The translations under genes and the position numbers were made by a program. Shown here in pieces: positions 57,194 to 64,000 of a DNA stretch of 64,000 nt. The first letter of the stretch is position 1. Every line of letters starts with the position of its first letter. The notes under the pieces were generated by a model. The model saw only the letters and a program-made list of their open reading frames with translations, had not been told where the DNA came from and did not search any database. The stretch comes from Patescibacteria group bacterium (GTDB taxonomy: Bacteria > Patescibacteriota > Minisyncoccia > Portnoybacterales > UBA2143). Location: the NCBI GenBank assembly GCA_018830295.1, contig JAHJSM010000001.1, positions 65,980 to 129,979 of the forward strand, given 5' to 3'.

Positions 57194-58158
57194 ATAAAAA
57201 AACAACTATTTTAGTGGCTGTTTTTAATAAAAAAGAAACAATTGTAAATTGCGTGGAATCTTTACTGAATCTCGATTCTCCTCCCGCAAGACTTTTATTT
57301 CTTGATGGCGGTTCAACTGATGGAACTTATCAAATTTTAGAAAAGGAATATAAAAATAAGATAGATTTAATCCAACTTCCTATAAGCCATTCTGAAAGAA
57401 TGAATTGGGCGTTAGATAATATTAATACAGAATATACCGCCTTAACGGACGCTGATTGCGTAGTTGAACCGGATTGGCTTACCGAGTTATTGAAAGGATT
57501 TTCTGAAGAAAAAAATATTGTCGCTACTGCCGGTTATTGCGGTACTCCAAAAAAGACTTCATTTCTCCAAAAATTAATCGGGATGGATATGGATAATAGA
57601 TTTGATAACCTTCCTCGTTATTTATGCCGCGCGCCAACTATGAATTTATGTTTTAGAACTGATATAGCGAGAAATGTTAAATTTGATGAAAAACAAAAAG
57701 TAGCGATAGAAACAGATTTTGGATTTAGATTAAGCAAACACGGTAAAATACTTTATGTTCCAAAATCCAAAGTTTGGCATTATCACCGAAGCGACTTAAA
57801 AAGTTATTTTAATCAACAAAAAAATCAGGCCAAATGGGGCCCGAGATTAATTCTTAAACATAAACAGAGAGCTATTTCGGATCCAATTACCGGATTAGGT
57901 ATGACTATCCAAATTCCGCTTTTAATGGCGGGGATTGTTTTTTTGTTTTTATCTTTGTTTAATCAAATATTTATTTATTTTGCTATAGTTTCTTTCTCGA
58001 TTCTTCTTTCAATTTATATAAAAAATATTGTCAAAATAAACCCCTCTCCTCTGTATTACTTAATTTTACCATTTTTCTTTCTTTATCGAACATTTGCTTG
58101 GACAATTGGCGTAATTGAGGGGTCTTTTCTTTTACTTTTAGACAAATCCTTAAGATAA
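57190..58158 (+). CDS. GT2 glycosyltransferase with C-terminal TM helices
   Basis: DGGSTDGT, TDADC, ETDFGFRL, QQKNQ..W. Confidence 0.88.
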   Translation: MNKKTTILVAVFNKKETIVNCVESLLNLDSPPARLLFLDGGSTDGTYQILEKEYKNKIDLIQLPISHSERMNWALDNINTEYTALTDADCVVEPDWLTELLKGFSEEKNIVATAGYCGTPKKTSFLQKLIGMDMDNRFDNLPRYLCRAPTMNLCFRTDIARNVKFDEKQKVAIETDFGFRLSKHGKILYVPKSKVWHYHRSDLKSYFNQQKNQAKWGPRLILKHKQRAISDPITGLGMTIQIPLLMAGIVFLFLSLFNQIFIYFAIVSFSILLSIYIKNIVKINPSPLYYLILPFFFLYRTFAWTIGVIEGSFLLLLDKSLR

Positions 58159-59235
58159 CGGCTTTCTTCTAAAAAAACCTATTAAAATATGAAAAAGGTG
58201 GCGGGGATTAAATAAAGTATTTGAGGTCATAGCGCATTCAAAGGTGCAAAAACATTTGCTTTTTCTTATTTTTTTCCTAACCGTCTCTGATTTTTTAGAA
58301 AACCATAGTTTTTTTAAATTAAAATCAAAATCTTTAAGATTGCCCATTTTGTTACTCAACATTTCACACGGATAAACATCTCCGTTTTCTTTTAAAATCG
58401 CTAATAAATTACCAGCATAACAGGGAGTAATATATTTTTTTTCCGAATATATTCTACTTAAAATCCGCGAACCATAATATTGCCTTGATGAAAGAATTCT
58501 CTCTATCCATGAGGGATTTTTTTTGTAAGTCTTTTCTAAAAAATCATTCCTTAATTTAAACATAATGTTGTCATAATGTTTTATATCCAACTCTTTTAAG
58601 GACATATCCCTAACCTCTGAACGAATTATGTTTACCCCAACATTCTCAACGCCTAAATCTTTCTCCAAAAAATCAACTATTTCCCCTACTTCTTCTTGAT
58701 TATCTTTGGTAATAGTAACTATATTGCCAAGGCGAAAGTTACTAAATTCTTTTTCTAACTCTTTAAGTTTTTTTATTGTTTTTACCGCTTTTTCAAAACA
58801 ACCGTCAACCTGCCTGATTTGATTATGTTTTTCTCCTAAATTATCTATGGAAATGCCAACAGCAACCCTGATATCTTTGCGACAAACTTCCAAAATATTT
58901 TTAGTTGTCCTAAATATACGGTCTGTTAAAATTCCATTCGTCGGTATTTGGAGATTAGCTACTTTAGTAAACCGACTAAAAATAGAAGCCACTTCAACTA
59001 AGTTATCCCTTAAAAATGGTTCTCCCCCAGTTAAAGTAACTGTGAGAAGGTCGGGCGCGCTTTTCGCGACTTTTTCTATTTCAAGCAAACTTAACTCATC
59101 TTTAATTGTATTAATTTTTTGCCAATAAAAACAATGCCTGCATTTGGCGTTGCATTTGGAAGTAACAAAAAATATTAAATTAAGCGGCATCCCTCGTTTT
59201 ATAAAAACACGAGAAATTTGTTTTAATAGACACAT
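58150..59235 (-). CDS. Radical SAM / SPASM-twitch enzyme C (paralog of A)
   Basis: CNAKCRHC, GGEPFLR, PTNG, CYAG...GDVYPCE, CFCTFEC. Confidence 0.9.
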   Translation of the reverse strand: MCLLKQISRVFIKRGMPLNLIFFVTSKCNAKCRHCFYWQKINTIKDELSLLEIEKVAKSAPDLLTVTLTGGEPFLRDNLVEVASIFSRFTKVANLQIPTNGILTDRIFRTTKNILEVCRKDIRVAVGISIDNLGEKHNQIRQVDGCFEKAVKTIKKLKELEKEFSNFRLGNIVTITKDNQEEVGEIVDFLEKDLGVENVGVNIIRSEVRDMSLKELDIKHYDNIMFKLRNDFLEKTYKKNPSWIERILSSRQYYGSRILSRIYSEKKYITPCYAGNLLAILKENGDVYPCEMLSNKMGNLKDFDFNLKKLWFSKKSETVRKKIRKSKCFCTFECAMTSNTLFNPRHLFHILIGFFRRKPLS

Positions 59236-59239
59236 ATAA

Positions 59240-60253
59240 TTAATTTTTTATTTTGAAATATATTTGAAAATAAAGCCCGCAGACAGCGGCAAAAAACATT
59301 TCAATTGCGGAAAACAACACAGACAAAACAGCAAAAAAAACGCCCTTTCTTCTCTTGAAATATTTAAAAAACTCTGTTTGAACCCAAAAAAACATTAAAA
59401 CCGAAAATAAAAAACCGAAAATAAAAAACCAGTAGATAAATGATAAAATAAGAAAGATAGATGCCAAAATTATTGGATACAGCGATTTGCCTGAAGATGA
59501 TTTAGACATATTTAAATATGTCTTCCGAAGTTCCTTCTCTTGGATAATTCTAACAATACTCCCTATTCTTAAACAATTCGTCCTTAAAAGAGATTTTAGA
59601 TTGTGTTTTTTATGATGCTCCCCTTTTATTCTGTTATCTTGTAAAATCTTTTTATTTTCATTTAAAGACAATCTTAAAGTAAATTCTATGTCTTCCGCCG
59701 TCGCCCCAAGATAATTCTCATTAAATCCGTTCGCTTTAAAAAACATTTCTCTGGGTATAGCTAATATGGCCGAATCGGCGGCAAAATTAAATTTTGAAGC
59801 AATTTTTTTCCCTAAACACATGTACAAATGCTTGTAGGTGCTGAAAAAATCGCTGAAAACTATTCTTTCGTCATAAACACCGGAAACTCCGCATACATCA
59901 AATGATTTAAAATCATCTTTGATATGTTTAATAATATCCCTGGAAGACAAAACAATATCGCTATCAACAAAAAGCAATATCTCGCCTTTTGCATTTTTAG
60001 CGCCTAAATTGCGAGTAGCGGCAACTCCCTTGTTCACTGGGTTAGAAACAACTTTAACTCCATGTTTTTTGGCGATTAGAACGGAAGTATCAACTGAAGC
60101 GTCATTGGCTACAATTAGTTCGCATTTTTCAAAATCTTTTATTTTAGTTATTGCCTCCAAGCATTTATCTAAAGTCTTCTCGCCGTTAAAGACAGGAACA
60201 ATAATAGATAAAAAGATTGATGGCCTTTCTTTGTCTGTCATAAAATTACTCAA
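59240..60253 (-). CDS. GT2 glycosyltransferase with C-terminal TM helices
   Basis: SIIVPVFN, NDASVD, GVAATRNLG, FVDSD, EDIEFTLRL. Confidence 0.9.
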   Translation of the reverse strand: MSNFMTDKERPSIFLSIIVPVFNGEKTLDKCLEAITKIKDFEKCELIVANDASVDTSVLIAKKHGVKVVSNPVNKGVAATRNLGAKNAKGEILLFVDSDIVLSSRDIIKHIKDDFKSFDVCGVSGVYDERIVFSDFFSTYKHLYMCLGKKIASKFNFAADSAILAIPREMFFKANGFNENYLGATAEDIEFTLRLSLNENKKILQDNRIKGEHHKKHNLKSLLRTNCLRIGSIVRIIQEKELRKTYLNMSKSSSGKSLYPIILASIFLILSFIYWFFIFGFLFSVLMFFWVQTEFFKYFKRRKGVFFAVLSVLFSAIEMFFAAVCGLYFQIYFKIKN

Positions 60254-60287
60254 AAAAATTATTCATTTATCGATTTTTTAAAAATCT

Positions 60288-61397
60288 TTAAATCTTGAAA
60301 TCATAAACCTGAATATATTGTTCAACCATATTAGGCCAATCCATTTTTTGGGCCTGCTTCAATCCATTTTGACTTAATTTTTCAGCTAAACTTGGATTAT
60401 CTAAAATATTTAAAATAGCTTGGCTAGTTTTTTCTATATCATTTTGAGGAACCAATAATCCATTAAACCCATCTATAATTGCATCTTCGGCGCCACAACC
60501 ATAAGTACCAATAACTGGTTTCCCGCAAGCATTGGCTTCCAAATAAACTAAACCAAATCCTTCAAAATTATTATCAATATTCACGGGTGTAAGTAGAAAC
60601 AAATCTGCTTGATGATAAAGTTTTAATAATTTTCGTTCTGAAATGTTTTGCAAAAAAACTATATTATCCTCTAAATTATATTTTTTAACCAAATCTTTAA
60701 GTTGAGAAAAATATTTTTTGTTCTTTTGGTTTCCGACAATGTAATATTTTAAATTTGAGTATTTTTTTACAACTTTTCCAACGGCTGAAATGGCAATATA
60801 GTATCCCTTGCGAAAAACTAATGCCCCAACGCTAATAATTTTTTTATTATTATTTTTTGTTTTTCTTTCGTCTTGATACATTCGGAACTTTTTATAATCA
60901 ATACCATTATTAATAACTATAGTATTATCAACTTGAACTTTTTTTAAGAATACTTGTTGAGTAAATCTGCTAACACAAATTATTTTTTTAGCATTTTTAT
61001 AAACCCTCTTGTACAATCCCCTTAAATACCACTTATTTAAGGCATCTACGGCATAAGTTCCATGTAAAGTGATTAACGTTGGACGCTTCCGACATGTCCA
61101 ATAAGAGATTAGACTATACGGTTCAGCTAAAATATGAACCATGTCCGCCGATTGGATAAATTTCCTAATTTGATAAAAATTCTTTATTAAAAAATATATT
61201 TTTATCCAACGACTAACAAATAATGGAGGTAGAATTTTATAATCCTTAATTGAAGATAAGTCATTTTGCTGGCTTCGCGTTGACGACAAAACCAAACAAT
61301 CAACACCTTGTTTTGACAAATGTTCAATTAAATTAACTGCGTAACTCCCCCATCCATCCCTAGAAGATAATTGATTAACCAAAAAACAAATTTTCAT
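60288..61397 (-). CDS. GT4 glycosyltransferase
   Basis: TLHGT, VSRFT, NGID, RKG, EGFGLVYLEANACGKPVI. Confidence 0.93.
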   Translation of the reverse strand: MKICFLVNQLSSRDGWGSYAVNLIEHLSKQGVDCLVLSSTRSQQNDLSSIKDYKILPPLFVSRWIKIYFLIKNFYQIRKFIQSADMVHILAEPYSLISYWTCRKRPTLITLHGTYAVDALNKWYLRGLYKRVYKNAKKIICVSRFTQQVFLKKVQVDNTIVINNGIDYKKFRMYQDERKTKNNNKKIISVGALVFRKGYYIAISAVGKVVKKYSNLKYYIVGNQKNKKYFSQLKDLVKKYNLEDNIVFLQNISERKLLKLYHQADLFLLTPVNIDNNFEGFGLVYLEANACGKPVIGTYGCGAEDAIIDGFNGLLVPQNDIEKTSQAILNILDNPSLAEKLSQNGLKQAQKMDWPNMVEQYIQVYDFKI

Positions 61398-62776
61398 AAT
61401 TGTTTAGCTAAACGATAAACCGGCTTCCCTATTTTGTAAAGCAAGGGCGTTGAAATAATAAATTTTTTAATACTTCTCATTTTTTCTTGAATAGCCCTTT
61501 TAACATTATACTGCCTATAAACATTATATTCAAAATTCCTGACCGCCTTTTTTATTTGATTAGAACTCAAACCAGGCAGTTCTAAAACCGACTCATCCAT
61601 ATAAGAATCAATATGATCTTTAGTGATTAACCCTTGTTCAATACATTTTTGACCCAATAGTGTTTCAGGGTAAGGATAAAAAGCAGTTACTTGCATAAAA
61701 TCAGGCTTAATTTTAGCATTTAAATTAATTGTTTCTTGAATAGTTTTTTTAGTTTCTCCGGGAATGCCAATCATATTAAAAGAAAAAGTTAAAATACCAA
61801 TCTCTTTGGCCAAATTAAACAATTCAATGACTTGATTATTAGAAATATTCCTTCCTAAAATCTTCTTTCTTAATTTTTCATTGCCCGTTTCTAAACCAAC
61901 TTTGATTAGATTACAACCTGCTTTTTTTAAAGCCACTAAAGTTTCTTTGTCAACCGCGCCAATTCTAACATTACATTCAAAACTCATATTAAACTCTTTT
62001 GAATATTTATGACAGAATTCTAAAACCCAATTCTTATTCAAAGAAAAAGTATCATCATCAATTTTAAAATGTTTAAAATTATATTGCTTCTTCAAATCCC
62101 TAATTTGTTCAATAGCCCAATCAACGCTCATAAATCTTAAATACCGACCATGTCCAAAATAAATTTTCTTAAAAACATGATTACAACAATAAGTACAGTT
62201 AAAAGGGCATCCACGGGAAAATATAAAACGGGGAGTAATCTCTTTTTGACCGGCATTTTTAAAATATTTAAAAATAGAATAATCAGGAAAGGGTAATTGA
62301 TCTAAATCAATCAACAAAGGACCAATTCTATTCTTAATAACCTTGCCCTGTCGTTTAAACCAAAAATTGTTAATGTCAGTATAGTCCTGTTTTTGCTCAA
62401 TTCGTCTAACTAATTCTAAAAGAGAATCTTCCGCCTCACCAATACAGATACCGTCAAAGCTTTCTTCCTTAATTACTTCTTCTGGTCTAATAGTAGCATG
62501 AACTCCTCCTAAAAATATTGCAATATCAAACTCTGATTTGATTCTTTTAGCTATCTCAACTGCGTGAATATATTGATGAGAATTTACTGATAAACAAATA
62601 ATTTGCGGCTGATACGATTCAACAAAAGAATTGATCTGATCAATTTCTTTTTTGTCTTCTATTTCCAACAACTCAATCTGATACCCATCTTTTTTTAAAA
62701 CAGCCGAAAGAAAAGATACTCCAACCAACCACTTCGCTTGTGAGCCAATTTTAGGAACAATAAATAAGACTTTCAT
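61394..62776 (-). CDS. B12-binding radical SAM enzyme 6 (similar to enzyme 4)
   Basis: GGVHAT, IGEAE, SRGCPFNCTYCCN, DDDTF, GLETG. Confidence 0.93.
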   Translation of the reverse strand: MKVLFIVPKIGSQAKWLVGVSFLSAVLKKDGYQIELLEIEDKKEIDQINSFVESYQPQIICLSVNSHQYIHAVEIAKRIKSEFDIAIFLGGVHATIRPEEVIKEESFDGICIGEAEDSLLELVRRIEQKQDYTDINNFWFKRQGKVIKNRIGPLLIDLDQLPFPDYSIFKYFKNAGQKEITPRFIFSRGCPFNCTYCCNHVFKKIYFGHGRYLRFMSVDWAIEQIRDLKKQYNFKHFKIDDDTFSLNKNWVLEFCHKYSKEFNMSFECNVRIGAVDKETLVALKKAGCNLIKVGLETGNEKLRKKILGRNISNNQVIELFNLAKEIGILTFSFNMIGIPGETKKTIQETINLNAKIKPDFMQVTAFYPYPETLLGQKCIEQGLITKDHIDSYMDESVLELPGLSSNQIKKAVRNFEYNVYRQYNVKRAIQEKMRSIKKFIISTPLLYKIGKPVYRLAKQL

Positions 62777-62833
62777 AATAGGGTTAAATAAATACGTTAA
62801 AAGAATTAGAGAATAAAAAAATTATTAATTTTA

Positions 62834-64000
62834 TCATTTTAATTTAAAAACTTTAAATTCATTAATTTCATAAATTTGCTCAAAAAATGAATATTGCTCA
62901 ATCTTCCATTGAGGATATTTTAAAGTATCCCAAAGTAAATAATCTGTCTGATATTTTCTCAAGATATTCTCCAAAGGAATAGCCAAAAATTCTCTATATT
63001 TATCAACAAAAAAATAAAGTTTTTCATCTGGAATTAATTCATAACCACCCATTCGCTTTCGATAATATTCACCATAAACCTTTAAAGAAAGATCTGCTTT
63101 ATTTTCAAAAAAATATTTATATAAAATCTCGTCATTTCCTTTTAACCCATTAAAGCGAAGTATTAGAAATATTCTTTCTAATAATTGTTTTTCATCAGCT
63201 GCTAACGAATGACGCCCATCCTCACAATTAACTACATTAAGTGGAGTATAAGTAGCAATTGAATAAGAATTAATTTCATCTCCCACAATTACTTGATCTT
63301 TTTGAGTATTATTACGCAACCATTCAAAAATTGGTCCATAGCGCTGATTCTCAATGGCTATAGGTTTTTGACGATCATAAAGAGAAACTTGAAGCACCCA
63401 AGCATTATAAAAATTAATAAATAAAATCAATATAATCAAACTTAACCAGCTTATTTTTTTTAAAAAAGAATTATTAATTTTCTTTTCAAGCAATTCAAAA
63501 ACAATTATTATAATAAAAATAATCGCTAAGGGACTATGAAAATACCAATGATAATGATCTGGAATCATAATCATTCCAGTAATAATCTGTTGATTAAGAA
63601 CAACAAAAGGCGTTAAAATAAGACTTAGGCAAAAATAATATCTATCTTTCCACTCTCGTGAAAAAAACAATAAAAAAACAGCTAAAAGAATTAGGACCAA
63701 TGCTCCCACCTGAGGAGAATGTGTTTTCATTAAACCAAAACGAGAAGCTACCTCTGAATACAATGGATGCTGCATCGCTTGCCATAAATTCCAAAAATAA
63801 GGAATAGCTATTAATAAAGCAATAAAAGCGATCAAAATAATATCTTTAATTTTAGTCCATTCTTTCTTCCAAAGAAAAATAAGTATCAAACAGCCAAGGA
63901 ATGCAAAAATAAATGTCCAAGTATAAGGATATTCGTAAAAAGAAAGACCCAAAAGAACACCACTAGAAATACCATAAATCCATTGTCTTTTTTGTAAAAA
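62834..64000 (-). CDS. Multi-TM membrane protein, putative GT-C fold (5' end outside the window)
   Basis: Frame stays open to base 64000; many TM helices; C-terminal domain FEWLRNNT...YQTDYLLW resembles GT-C tails. Confidence 0.55.
   Translation of the reverse strand, partial: FLQKRQWIYGISSGVLLGLSFYEYPYTWTFIFAFLGCLILIFLWKKEWTKIKDIILIAFIALLIAIPYFWNLWQAMQHPLYSEVASRFGLMKTHSPQVGALVLILLAVFLLFFSREWKDRYYFCLSLILTPFVVLNQQIITGMIMIPDHYHWYFHSPLAIIFIIIIVFELLEKKINNSFLKKISWLSLIILILFINFYNAWVLQVSLYDRQKPIAIENQRYGPIFEWLRNNTQKDQVIVGDEINSYSIATYTPLNVVNCEDGRHSLAADEKQLLERIFLILRFNGLKGNDEILYKYFFENKADLSLKVYGEYYRKRMGGYELIPDEKLYFFVDKYREFLAIPLENILRKYQTDYLLWDTLKYPQWKIEQYSFFEQIYEINEFKVFKLK

Noticed and set aside
40357-59235. 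RiPP cluster based on the SPASM-type radical SAMs
   Set aside because: No precursor peptide, RRE/PqqD domain or peptide exporter is visible. The context is glycosylation.
59397-59430. 14-bp tandem repeat (AAAACCGAAAATAA x2.4) as a contingency locus
   Set aside because: Only about two units, within low-complexity Phe/Ile-rich TM coding sequence, and the frame is intact.
1-64000. Alternative genetic code (UGA=Gly) as in Gracilibacteria/Absconditabacteria
   Set aside because: Long conserved genes are intact under code 11, and TGA acts as a stop at expected ends (murB, ATGA overlaps).

Overview
Low-GC bacterial chromosome segment, genetic code 11. Gene content suggests a Patescibacteria/CPR (Parcubacteria-like) genome; this is inferred from the FtsA-like plus baseplate-J-like pair, paired HerA/TraG-like ATPases, a Cys-rich CPR-type protein and a sigma4/HARE-HTH protein. 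Bases 1-30.8 kb hold housekeeping genes (rpsM, rpmJ, infA, secDF, secA, hpf, murB) interleaved with accessory genes: a DUF3800 gene with a convergent small-RNA unit, an AAA-DUF4143 ATPase, an HD hydrolase, a RAYT-type HUH transposase, CopB and four type II toxin-antitoxin pairs. This part carries two REP-like palindrome families (8 and 6 copies), some inside coding sequence, including the RAYT gene itself and secA. Bases 30.9-64 kb are a surface-glycan locus with a priming transferase, Wzx, GT2/GT4/GT-C enzymes, a GDP-heptose pathway and nine radical-SAM enzymes (six B12-binding, three SPASM/twitch). A second AAA ATPase is inserted there between perfect 40-bp direct repeats. No rRNA, tRNA or CRISPR array was seen. 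All family calls come from motif reading; no searches were run.
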